Assembly (NCBI GenBank): GCA_035084275.1
Contig: CM068746.1
Location: 31,186,001-31,250,000 of the forward strand
Direction of reading: 5' to 3'
From: Hydrolagus colliei
Taxonomy: Eukaryota
Length of the DNA: 64,000 bases
Shown: in pieces, positions 26,809 to 38,776 of the stretch
How the letters are laid out: every line of letters starts with the position of its first letter
How positions within the stretch are numbered: the stretch's first letter is position 1
Notes under the pieces: model-generated
What the model saw: only the letters and a program-made list of their open reading frames with translations
Told to the model about the DNA's origin: nothing
The model's database searches: none
Program-made: the position numbers and the translations under genes

Positions 26809-27168
26809 GGAGTTCTGTAGATCAGTGGTTAGAGCACTCGTCTCACAACCGAGAGGGCCAGGGTTCCATACCCGAGCATGGTGAAATGTTAGGCAAGTTT
26901 TCTTACTCTACATACAACTCTGTTTACCCACCAGTAAGTAGGAATCTGGTTCACCAATAATCCTTCCAAAAAAATCCACAATAATAAAATTGGTCATTTC
27001 GATCCACGACTGTTTGTGGGATACTGCTATGCACAATTGGCAGCCATGTTTCACCCACAAATATAGTCAATTCACTTTACAGTATATTCTGTGATGCGCT
27101 TTGAGATGTCTAGAAGACATGAAAAGCACTATATCAAATGCAAGGATTATTATTAATATTATTATTAT
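26809..27168 (+). mobile_element. tRNA-derived SINE family A, full length
   Basis: Head ggagttctgtagatcagtggttagagcac (A box), gggttccatacc (B box), central gtttacccaccagtaagtaggaatctgg, L2-like tail ending caaggattattatt. Confidence 0.9.
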
Positions 27169-27339
27169 TCAATTGATCACACTAATGTGGACGAAACTAT
27201 CAGGCTGACTGAGTTATAGATCCAATCAAACCCTCAGGCTGATCCCTTTGAACTGGGATCCCTAAATTTATGTAATCTGTTAAATTTCAAAGGTATTGCT
27301 TTCAAAATAGTTTTCAGATCAGGCTGCCTCTTTTAATAA

Positions 27340-27702
27340 CATAATAATCCTTGCAAGTGATGCAGTACATTATCACATCATTGACAGGTATAAAAGCACT
27401 TTGGCGAACATATTATATTGACTGTATATTTTGTGGGTGAATCACAGCAGCCAATTGTTCACAGCAATTTTCCCCAACAGTCGTGGATTGAGTGACCAAA
27501 TTATTATTAGTTTTTTTTTAAGGATTTATTACCCCCCAAAAAGTGATTCACCAGTCGACAAACAACCAGATTCCTACTTACTGCTAGGTAAACCGAGGTG
27601 TGTGGAGTAAGGAGATTTGTCTAAGGCTTCGTCCCATCCGGAATCAAACCTGGTCCTTTTGTTTGTGAGGTGAGTGCTCTCACCACTAAGCTACAGGACT
27701 CC
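27340..27702 (-). mobile_element. tRNA-derived SINE family A, full length, inverted relative to neighbour
   Basis: Minus strand: ggagtcctgtagcttagtggtgagagcac...ggtttgattcc...gtttacctagcagtaagtaggaatctgg...caaggattatt. Confidence 0.9.
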
Positions 27703-28954
27703 TTTTCAGATGTGTCTTCCTTTTCCATCATCTGCTCTGTGCCACATCCAATCCTAAGCCTCAAGCTTTACACAATGAACTACTGCTCTGCGTGAAGAAG
27801 AAAGAATAATATTGAATGGTGGGTGTGGGGGGTTGGCTCCTGCCCTCAACTCCTAGAGCTCAGAGTCCAGTGTATCACACCTTGTATACCTTGGTTGTCC
27901 GGTGGCCAGTTGCCATTTGCAGGGACTAGACTAGGGACCAGGGTCATCCATCCAACATCAACAACAAAATTACATTTATATAGCGCCTTTCATGTCGGGA
28001 GGATGTCTATACTGAGGTTAGTGCAGAGAAAGCCATAGAAAAGAGTAGGGGAAGAAGAGAAGTTAGCAGTGTAATTGTGGAGTGCCACACGGCTGCACTC
28101 TTTGGTCCCTGTGGGTCTATGTGCAGTGAAGCCTTAAGAGGATCAAAGGGCCCCAAAGAGTTCAGTCAACCAGCGTGCAGCTTGTGGGGCATTGTTTCAG
28201 ACCTCAAGTTCCTAGTTTGATTTAAAGTGAATTGAGGTAAACTCTACTTCAGATAAATGTGGCAAAACGAGTTTTAAGCACTTCAGATCTTTTACACCCA
28301 TCAATTGGCTTGTTCAGCACAGTGATGCCATTTTCCCACGCTAGTAGACTTTTCGTGACAACAATTGGCTAGCCAGGTACAGCGAATCTGTGCTCTATTC
28401 CACTGTTCTGACAACTAGGTTCCACATTTCAGAATGCAGTTGCCCAAAATGCTCTTGAGATAGTAAGAGCTGAGATAGTACACACAATTGTATATAGCAC
28501 AGCAACATGCTGGTTGTACTTGAAAAGGGAAACACTGGAATAGAACCACGAGGACTTAGTCCGTTGACACTGCATATGCATCAAAGAGTATAGATGATCG
28601 AGGAGTGTCAAATACCCTTCAAAGTGCAGTACCACTGGAAGGGCTAGTCTAAAAGTACAACCAGCAAAAAATTGAAATTAATAAACTGTTTTAAATCTAT
28701 CCTGAAGGTATATTTCTATTTGATGCCATCAGAAATCATCTGGCAAAAGATCAATTTCTGGGATCTCACAGCTGGAAAATGCCCGCATTGATAACTTATT
28801 CAATGGATCCATCTTTGAGAAAAGTACCTTGCAGATGAAGGTGATCTGCATCCTTCAGGCATGATACAAGATGTACTACAAAATGGAGCTCTGGTGTGAG
28901 CCAAATGCAACGACCACTGAGAGTCGAGAGAAACAGAACTTATGATGAGATAAA

Positions 28955-29065
28955 GAACTCACAGGTTTGATCCTGGTATGTGCTGAGTGAGATGATTTTA
29001 ATTGTGGCAGTAGTTAGCGGCACTACAATTGCCTCAGAGCTTGTTGGCAGGGGAGTGGAGGGGGA
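28955..29065 (+). mobile_element. Ancient SINE fragment (family B 5' part)
   Basis: caggtttgatcctggtatgtgctgagtgagatgatt...ctacaattgcctcag is homologous to 45230-45330. Confidence 0.55.
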
Positions 29066-29379
29066 TGATTCCACAACAACAAAGGGAAGTGTCTTAGTCA
29101 GAAAGGTCTGACTTTAATAACATTGGTTTGTCATCTGATCATTTCAATCAGGTGCAATTCATTTCCAAGTATGCAGCATTTTATGTTTAAATCAACAGAA
29201 CCCCTCAATTAGATTCTAGCCTGTAATTCACCTCAAGATGTCCATTATTCTACATCTAACTCTACAAGCAGCTTGACCAGATAGTACCTTGACCAGATAG
29301 TACCTTATAATCCTGGATTTTCATTTTTGTTTGTGACATTCATGTAATTCAAACTACATTCCATGGAATCACAATCCAT

Positions 29380-29495
29380 TTCAGCCACAAATATACAGTT
29401 AATTCACTTTACTGTATATATCCTGTGAAGCACTTTGAGACATCGATAAGATGTGAAAAGCGCTATATCAAATGCAAGAATTATTATTATATTAT
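29380..29495 (+). mobile_element. SINE family A 3' fragment
   Basis: ccacaaatatacagttaattcacttt...aagcgctatatcaaatgcaagaattattatt. Confidence 0.82.
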
Positions 29496-30009
29496 ATCAG
29501 ATAGCACTGTGATAGTGTTTAAGTTGCATTTCTATTTCTAGTGACTAAACCGATGTGGAATAGTATGATGCCTGATGCTTAATTCCAACTCCACATCATA
29601 TGGGGACAATTATAAATTAACACTTCAATAAAGTTATAAACTAGCACCTAGAGATCACTTGGGCTGGCAATTGGATGGATAATGAGAGTAACAACTGGGT
29701 TCAAGATATAAAGAGGACAATGTGAGGAATACTCACAGAATGAACACAGGATTTAGCAATTTCTTACAACATAATCACTGGACTAGTTTGAGTTTCTTTT
29801 GATATTCTCGAGTGTTACATTTTCTTTGGGGATAAAATAGTTTTGAAGCAGAACATTCCCCTGTAAGAGGGTGGGGTTTAGTCCATGATAGAATAGGTTT
29901 TGCACAATCAGTGGAACGTGCAGGTTCAAATGGTCTTTTTCAATCCATTCTGGCAATTCACCAGTGCGTACATTGCTTTGATCTGATTGCAGGGATTTTG
30001 AACGTGGAG

Positions 30010-30140
30010 GTAATAATAATAATAATAAAATAATAATAATAATAATACTCCTTGCATATGATACAGCACTTTCACATCTTCTAGACGTCTGAAAGCACTT
30101 CACAGAATATACTGTAAAGTAAATTGTGGTCAAAATATAC
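30010..30140 (-). mobile_element. SINE family A 3' fragment with long (AAT)n tail
   Basis: (taa)n then tccttgcatatgatacagcac...cttcacagaatatactgtaaagt. Confidence 0.82.
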
Positions 30141-31489
30141 ATTTGGGTAGATGCGATAACACATCTAACTCCAGGAGATCTAGGCAGACCTTCTCCAGCA
30201 CTAGACTGAGATCTGAACCTTGGGGCCTCCAGCTCTGGTCTGATACTTGCTGTCTGTATGAGGACATGGAGGTACTTGCACTGCACTTGAAGACAGCTCC
30301 ATTCAGTTCAGTAGCTGCATCGTTAATGCATGAAAAAATGTAATTGTAGGTTTCAGCTCCTCACGAGCTCAAACTGGTGTTTATGTCTGAGCAACATGCC
30401 TGTGTGACGGCATGAAACTATTTATACTGGAGGCGTGAGTGGCACTGTAGCAGACTGAACGCACTGTTTTTAGACAAAGTGAAAGTGCAGAACAATTCAG
30501 AGTGATCGTGACTTTCCTTCACACAGCTGAGTGACTCACGTAGAGATATGTGAGGGGGAGCGGAGATCGGGCTGGTTTGACTTTAGGTATGTTTTTTCTT
30601 TCTTTCCCCACCCCCAGCAAAAATTCCTTCTGGCAATTTCCAATACTGGTATGAAAACTACAATTCCCAATATGTTGTATTTGTAAGACTATTTTAAAAA
30701 AGGTCATATATAACTGGACACAAGTGAGAGTGAGATGTGTATGAACTGGCCCCAGATCAGCTTCTGGTCTGTGTGGCCTAGTGCAACACTAGGGAATACT
30801 TTCACCATTAGAGGTTATGGACTGCTGAAGGAAGCCTTCACTCAATAGCTCCACGTGTTTGAGGGAAACAAAGGGAAGAGAGAAATTGTAAACCTTAATT
30901 TCTTCCCTGTAATTGAAACAGTTAGTAGTGAAAGATGAAAGCATTTGTCCCACGTTCTGCATTTCAGTCATCTTTTCTGATATTAGTCGTGATGTTTTTG
31001 TCTACGGTTTCATCATTAATTATTCCTTGTTCAGTGTTATAGATAGATATATAACTCACTCCACTTTTTCCAACACTCAAAAGAGCACCTCTGTTCCATT
31101 GTCTGTTTCCTGCAGCAGCCATCCCTGTCGGAGTGACTTCAAATTTACTGCCAAATTAAGGGCAATTTTTTACTGTGGTCTTCGTGCCCAGGAGTAATTG
31201 GATTGGGTCTTCCCAGAGTCTAACAGCGACTGTAAAGAGAGATTTCCTTCACAGCAGTCTAAACAGAACTTGGCTTCTCACCGACACATCAGGACAGGAT
31301 ATTCACCATGTAACTGAGCACCTTGGAACTTTACATGCTTGGACCGCCCCCCCATCTCTTCACAAATAGAAGGATTATTATTATTTCAATGGCATTCTTA
31401 AAACTAATTATTATTATTATTGTGCTTGATGTGGCCCCTATAACATCAAAACTGTTCAAAGCACTTCACATTTCTTGAAAATATAATGA

Positions 31490-31668
31490 CTGCATTTTTG
31501 GCGAATGCAGCAGCCTGTTTCCCGCAAAGTCATTGCTGTCGCCCAGGGGACTGAGAACAATCTCTTTTCAAATAATGTCATAGGAACTTTAACATCCACC
31601 TGAACAAGTGGACAAGACCTTGGCTTAATATCATATCCAAAAGATTGCACCTCGTCAGCACTGCACTA
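31490..31668 (-). mobile_element. Deu-domain SINE relic (SacSINE1/AmnSINE1-like)
   Basis: Minus strand gaggtgcaatcttttggatatgatattaagccaagg...caggtggatgttaaagttcctatgacattatttgaa matches the recalled Deu core. Sister copies lie at 33495, 35040 and 39525. Confidence 0.7.
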
Positions 31669-31699
31669 ATAATAATTCGTCCCAAAAAAATACAATAAT

Positions 31700-31862
31700 A
31701 AAAATTGGACATTTTAATCACGACTGTTTGTGGGACACTGCTGTGCATAATTGGCTGCTGCATTTCGCCCACAAATATACAATCAATTCACTTTACAGTA
31801 TATTCCATGAAGCGCTTTGAGACATCGATAATATGTGAAAAGCGCTATATCAAATGCAAGGA
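31700..31862 (+). mobile_element. SINE family A 3' half
   Basis: cacgactgtttgtgggacactgctgtgcataattggctgc...aagcgctatatcaaatgcaagga. Confidence 0.88.
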
Positions 31863-32264
31863 TAGTCAGCCTAGACTTTTGAGCTCAACGACCCAACTTG
31901 GGGCATTTAACCACAACCTTCTTTCTGACCCCAGTTACTACCACCTTAGCCAGGTTTAAACAACTGCCTCGAGGCAGATTAATACATGGTCAGACATGGC
32001 CAGATAAATAGGCCTATTCCCGGGCTGTAGGTTGGGGTGTTGGTGCTCAATGTGTGCTGGGCTTCCCCATTGCATGGTGAAAGGGAGCAGGTCCCATTTC
32101 TCCAGGAACCGACGGAAAGCACGAGAAGTGAGACATGGACATCTGCACTGTACGGTGGTATCTTCAATGTTTCTTGGTACCCAGGGCCCGAAAAATTCTC
32201 AATACGTATCTGAATTCGCCCAAATTTGACAATAAAAATCATCCTTCAATTATTGAAATTCAAT

Positions 32265-32400
32265 AATGATAATCCTTGCATTTGATGTAGCACATTTATC
32301 ATGTCGTTGACACATTTCAAAGTGCTTCCCTGAATATACTATAAAGTGAATTCACTATATTTTTGTGGGCGAAATGTAGCTGCCAATTGCGCATAGCATT
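32265..32400 (-). mobile_element. SINE family A 3' fragment
   Basis: ataatccttgcatttgatgtagc...gaatatactataaagtgaatt...gctgccaattgcgca. Confidence 0.82.
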
Positions 32401-33494
32401 AATACAGTGAAATGCTACTTTAAAGTAGTGAATCGGATACAGGTTGGTTTTGTCTGGAACACATTTCTTAGGAAATAGCTGGTCAGGTGAAGCTGCCTGC
32501 TTTATTTACCTTTAGGGCCATGAGTTGTGTGGGTGTGGCAAGGCTGCTGTCAGACTGGGGGTGTTTATTCCAGAAACGCCCTTGTGATTGATCGACAATC
32601 CTAAAATACAACAGGACAAACTCTGAATCACTGTTGCTCAGTATTTAAACAGACTGACCATGGACTTTGTTTTTGGTTAGGAGTATTTTAGGAAGTGCTT
32701 TACAATTACAGGGCTTATTTATCAAGCTCACTTTAGATTTTTTTTTCTCGTATTACAATTGTAGTCTTTGCAGAAGTCAATTCTCTTGTTTGCATAAGTA
32801 ATAACAATCCAATCGTTGTGTGAACAGAGTCTTTCATGATTTTTGATCATAAGTGTACTAATTAGCTAGTACTCAACCACCTTTATTCTGTTAAATAAAT
32901 AATGAATTAGCCGTCAATGCTCTTATTTGCTCAATCGATTAATCAAAAGCCATGGAGTACCGTACATTTACTGCTAGCTCAGTAACAGAACCTGAACAAA
33001 GCACCTTCTGTTCACTCATATACCATACCCATCAGGTACATCTGCCTCAGCAATACAAAAGTACAAAATACTTTGCCTCTAGTTAACACTTGATTCTCTC
33101 AATCAGTTACACAGAGTCTAAAACAATATACCCTTCCTTTTCCTAACACTGTTCGTATCGCACAAAATGATTCTATTACTTTCATTAACACTCCCTTCCT
33201 CTCAGAAACAGTTTTGAAAACTTCAATACATCAGAGCATAAGAGAAAAAATAGATCTCCTAAGGATCATAACATCAGAGAAAAACAGCAATACTTATAAA
33301 CAATAATTAATTTAAAAAATCCCCTGATCAATAGATATTGAATATGGCTCTTTCAGTAAACAAGGGGCTTTATAAAATGTATGTAAAACAAATGCTGTAG
33401 AGCTCCTACCTGATTTCATCATGTTTGGTACATTGAGGTTCTGGTGCACTTAACCATATGAACTAGAAAATGTTTATTTCCATTGTTAACACAA

Positions 33495-33720
33495 ACAAAA
33501 GATCCCAATGGCACTATTTGAAAAGAGAAGGGAGTTTTTCCCAGTGTCCTGGCCAAACAATCCCTCCTAAAAAAAACATGCATCAGTTCACTTCACCAAT
33601 TGACTTCACCTGTTTGTGGGACATTGATGTAGATTGTGACAATGATTAGTTAAATCCAGTGAAGTGCTTTGAGACATCTCGAAAAAGTGTGATAGGACGC
33701 AACATGAAAAGCATTACTAT
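33495..33720 (+). mobile_element. Deu-domain SINE 3' relic
   Basis: aaaagatcccaatggcactatttgaaaagagaagggagtttttcccagtgtcctggccaa, followed by an L2-type tail. Confidence 0.7.
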
Positions 33721-34869
33721 TTTTATTATGATTTCTAGTTATCTATTTTGATAGTAAAGGAAACATTATCAATCATATTTATATGAGGTCCTTGCATAAA
33801 TACACATAGGGTAGCTCCCTCTCCTGTGGGATTACTCAACTGTTGTGGGGTTTGGGTTATGAAAAGGCCCAAGTGTGTTTTAAAAGTGTTTGAAGACTAA
33901 CAAGACTAACAAGACTAAGGGCATGATTGATGGCAATCTTTGGAAGGCAGAGGGGGAGGCACCCATGGAATAGAAACAGAAGCAACGACATCTAATCTCC
34001 TTGGTGTTGAGGTACCTCCTACCTTTAATTTGCTCCTGTTGATTATTCATTGGAAGCTGAAAATCAAATCAAAATACAGATGCATCAACAAAAGTTAGCC
34101 CAAGTGTAACATTACTAATAGTTCCATTTGATAAAAGCATTTTATTACAGTAATTTCATATCATAATTGCAAACTATTTCACACGATAGGTTATACTATG
34201 ATGTGCAGTGACTTTTTATTATGTAGACAATTGAATTTCCTGCCTTGGGCACAAATCCCAGATTTAAAGGAAATTAGTTCAGTAAAATAACAGAATCTAA
34301 TTTCAGATTACGAAGCATGTCACCCGTCATTGTGACTGTCGTTAACAGATGAATTATCAGCTTCTCTACATATGTTCCAGGGCCTTGGGACGTCCTCCTG
34401 ATTTGAAAATATAAATGTAATATTGTTGTTGTTTTTGTTGTATCTATTCAGTGATATTGATTTTAGCAGCATGCCAGCAAACCAAAAGGTGTACTTTTTT
34501 TTTACAACAACAAGGTTACATTTGTATAGTGCCCTTCACGTTGGGAGGACATCCCAGAACAGAGATACATATAACTATTGTACTCCAGGATATGGGAGGT
34601 CATTGGCTTTCTTTGTTTTTACAGTTTTATAATACTGTACATTTTGGTGGGATTCCTTCATTTGAATGTTGCTGACTGGCCCAGTTTTCCAATCGTGTAG
34701 GGGAATGTTTTGGTTTTATTAATTGTTGATGTTGCTGTTTTTCTTTGATTTTATTGGTCCTTTGGAGATCTATTTTTCTCTTATGCTATGATCTATTGAA
34801 GTTTGCTGATGTTATTTTTCTCTTTGTGTTATTGCCTGTTTTCTCTTGTATGATTTTTTCCAGGGTTAC

Positions 34870-35190
34870 AATAATCTTTGCATTTGATAGAGCTAGTGCC
34901 CTTCACATTCGGAGGCAATCTCAAAGTGCTTCATATTTACTGCTACGTATAGTGACCGTGTATTTTGTAGGTGAAAGTGATGCTAATCTGCGCACAGCAA
35001 TGTACCATGACAGCCACGAAGTGAATAACCAATTTTATCTGGGGAATAGTTGGCCAGGACACCGGGAGAAACTCCCTTTTCTTTTCAAATGAATGTCACC
35101 TGAATAGGCAGAAAGGACTTCAGTTTAATGTCTCATTCGAAAGATGGCACCTCTGATAACACAGTGCTCCTTCAAAACTGCAATGTGCAG
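34870..35190 (-). mobile_element. Deu-domain SINE relic
   Basis: tggccaggacaccgggagaaactccctttt...cagtttaatgtctcattcgaaagatggcacctctga, with the tail at 34870-35030. Confidence 0.72.
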
Positions 35191-37958
35191 TGCTTACTGT
35201 GAGATCATTTAGCTGGCTTTCTCTAGTTCATGAGAGATCTCTGAAGTTACTTTTCTCTGGTTTTCTTTGGTGTTATCCTCCAAGGGAGAATGTTACTTTT
35301 TTTTCTCTTGTGTTGGAGGATTTGGGAGAGTGTTACTGTGTTTTCTTATTATTTTTCTGTAAAGGAAACACACTCCTCATTTCTCTGATGTTCTGTCCTA
35401 CACGAGATTGTACCTGGGTTTTCTGTGGTGTTCGCGGAATACAAAGCTTCGACTATAAAACATGGAATTTAGACTTGTGGTTTTAGGAACAGTTTAACAT
35501 GTAATGTGATGCCACATTTGTAGGTACTTACCTCAGTGTTGAAACTCCTTCCCATAATGACTGGAAGGTAGTATTATATTGTGCACCCACAGTCACAAGA
35601 TCTGAGCTGAAGTATCTGGTGCTGCAGATACCAAATGGAAGAGCAGAAACTCATGGAATCAGAGGTCACTTCTTCATTCAGTGTACTTTGTCAATCTTAG
35701 TTTGATCACTTCTTTTATTCTGCTCTTCAAGGCGTTACCTTCAGGCTGTACTTTTTTTCAATAGCAACTATAATCTTGCATCTTGTGTGTAGCTTGCGAT
35801 GATGAGATCTGAATTCATTCCTATCTGTTGTTTGCATTCCAGAATTATTAGATATTGCAGTTACATCTGGCAGATTTCATAACCTATTCCCGCAGGGAAA
35901 TTGTACATATCTCCATTTTCTTTTATTTGGGAACTACAGTCGTTTTGGCTGCATAGGTGAGAATAACAATCAGCAACTCCTCACTGATATGCGCAAAACT
36001 GTTGCTGGAGTCCAAAAGCACATTCATTGCTGCCAATTTTGCTTTTGCTCTGGCACTTTTGTTCCTGAATGGATTGACCCATGCTGCAGTATGATCTCTC
36101 ATGCACTGTCAGGCCCAACACCTTCTTCACATTGTGATCCAAGATGGTGAGGGTGGGCAGGAAGTTTCTCTGTGGATGTCTTGTCTGCTGAGTCCAATGC
36201 TGTCCTGATCTCATATACAATCATGTGTGCTTCCTAGCTGGGTTCAATAATTAGTGATTAAGAGTACAAATCTAAGCTTTCAGCTCCATTGTCAAGTATG
36301 CTAATTGCTTAACTGTTGTCTTGGTTTAGATCATCTTACTCGGCATAGATTAGGAAGTTGATCGACACACGAGTATCATACTTAATTTATATAACTCCCC
36401 TGATTCATTGCTATGGCCAGGGATCAAGGAATTGAGTATAATACCGTCTTATACAGCTGACCCTTTCAGGACTGAGATTTGAGAAGATTCTAAGGAAGTT
36501 CAGATGTGTGAATACATACTGTTCCCCAAAACACAAGGGTAGAAAATTCCTGTGCAAAACAGCATATTAAATGACTTGTGCTGATTGAAACAATAGATAA
36601 TGCTGTGCTGTATGTGTGGCTCTGGATGTGGACAGTGCATTTAAACCTGGGGAGAATAACAGCACACGGTGGATAGGCAATTGCAATTTCCATGGCAATT
36701 GCAAAAAATGAACAGATTGTACGTTAGATTAAGAATAATGAATACCTAGCAGCAAGTTGATTTTCACTTAATAACATAAAATGTCCTCAATGTGCAATGA
36801 GCAATGGAAAATAAGAGGCAGTAAGGGGATTCACTGGACAGTGAAAATAACTGACTTATGATTGAAATATAAAGAAATAACAGGACTGAGTGGATTACAG
36901 TTGTTTGTGGATTAGGTAGTGGGATATGTATAGGTAACAGTGTGTCTGCAATGTAATGGCAGGGACAGGGAAGAGAAAGTCTGGAAGTCTTCCATAGAGG
37001 ACAGTTGTTTGCCCGGAAGCTGGTTCAGAGCAGCCATGGTTAAATCGATGAGTAAACTGCCTCCCATCTTCTCTGACAGTGCTTAAACCATGGAAATATC
37101 ACGTATTTCTCACCTTCAAAACATATTTGTGCAGTAAATAGACCTTTCTGAAACATTACAAGAAATTTATTTTTAAAACAAGGAAAACATTAATGATCAG
37201 GTACACCTTATCTCGTGCTGAGAACTGGAAAGGATATTAACTGCACTGGAAGGGTTCCTTAGCTATCAGAACACCCCACCCCATACCCTCCATTCTCCCC
37301 CTTACATCACAACAAGGTATTTCAGCCCAATTGATCTGCTAATATTGGACAATGAGATATGATTGTTTCTGTGATTTTTGGATTAGAAGAAGGGGATTAA
37401 ACGAATGTCAATTAATGGAGACCAACAAACCAGTTCTATACCATAAATAAATGAACAAATAATTAGTCTGTAGCCTTGCTTGATAACCTTTAGTGGGAAT
37501 TGCGAAATAATTGTCCAGAACTTTTCCTCATTTGCGGTTCACTGAGCTGAATGATCTTTTCTTGTTCTATGTGTTCTTAAGTTCTTACTGCATGGGTTCA
37601 TAAAAGCAAGGTGAGGTGCTATGGATATTTGGTTATAGGGAAGCTATCTCAAGCATTGGCAATCAAAACAAGTGTTATTGCTGTTCACATTAACCTGAGT
37701 TCTATGTTGCAGCATTTTGTGCTGAGCTCCTTCAAAGGTGTTTGAGAGGTTCAAGCGTTTGGTGTACTTCACAGCAATAAGTTGAAAACAACCTCCTGGT
37801 AATTTAATGAGTCAAAGGGAGGAGTGACAATGGTTAAAGATGAGCAATATTTTCAAATCCTAATGATTTTAATACTGAAGTCACCACTGAACTGAAATAA
37901 ATGGTGGAGCTGAATTCTGTCCCATATCCAGTGCCTGTAGATGGACCAGCTTGGATTG

Positions 37959-38082
37959 GCCTGCACTCTGCTGACACTGTGTTCCTGTCCGAGAGAAACA
38001 GGGCTACAAGAAGCAGGATGAGGGATGGAAATGAAGAAGTTGCTTGGCAGATTATGAAACTCGGATCGAGACACATTTCTCC
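37959..38082 (+). pseudogene. Degenerate duplicate of part of Wnt7 exon 3 (pseudo-exon)
   Basis: 37990-38070 aligns without gaps to 38609-38689 (58/81 nt by hand count). It reads REKQGYKKQDEGWK*RSCLADYETRIE versus [27 protein letters not shown], with an in-frame TGA at 38032. Confidence 0.85.
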
Positions 38083-38504
38083 ACAGTGAGAGTGTAGTTC
38101 AACAAATATGAATGTGTCTCACTTGAACAAAGCAGGTTCTCTGACTACCTGTTCAATTACAGTTAATGTAAGAGATTCATCAGAATAAGGGAAAATATAT
38201 ATAATAATCCAATGAATTAAATAGCAGGCTGCTGACAGCTGATGTGTAACAAGTTTCTTTCCTCAATTTTGAAGATCAGTTTGCTCCTGTGTGTCAAACA
38301 CCTATGGAGCTTTTGTGATGCAACTGCATTGAGAAACTCTTATTACTGTATCATCAAATTTAGATTTACTAAATCTGTGGTTAAATGTTTTTTTTTCGCA
38401 AACTTGGAATACGTGTCACAAATGGTCTCTCTGCTTTCTTACAAATAATTCATAACCGAGATTTATTTGCCCGACATCCTAACATTGCCCTTCTGTGTCT
38501 CTAG

Positions 38505-38776
38505 GGAGCCGAGAAGCAGCGTTTACGTATGCCATAACTGCGGCCGGTGTAGCTCATGCGGTGACTGCTGCCTGCAGTCAGGGAAACCTGAGTAACTGTG
38601 GATGTGACCGAGAGAAACAAGGCTACTACAACCAGGAGCAGGGCTGGAAATGGGGAGGCTGCTCAGCAGACATCAAGTATGGGATTGAGTTCTCCCGGAG
38701 ATTTGTTGATGCAAGAGAGATCAAGAAAAACGCCAGGAGACTGATGAACCTGCATAATAATGAAGCTGGCAGAAAG
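38505..38776 (+). CDS. WNT7B: Wnt7b exon 3
   Basis: Acceptor ctctag|. Encodes [55 protein letters not shown]...[11 protein letters not shown]. It is 272 nt with donor AAG|gtatct; phases agree with exons 2 and 4. Confidence 0.98.

Noticed and set aside
26809-26880. tRNA-like sequence with A and B boxes
   Set aside because: It continues directly into a SINE body and tail and has diverged sister copies, so it is a SINE head and not a tRNA gene.
29270-29305. Short perfect tandem duplications (also ~933-962, 17394-17416, 24258-24300, 33893-33918, 54252-54280)
   Set aside because: Ordinary slippage duplications of 9-20 nt without spacers; not CRISPR-like or otherwise structured.
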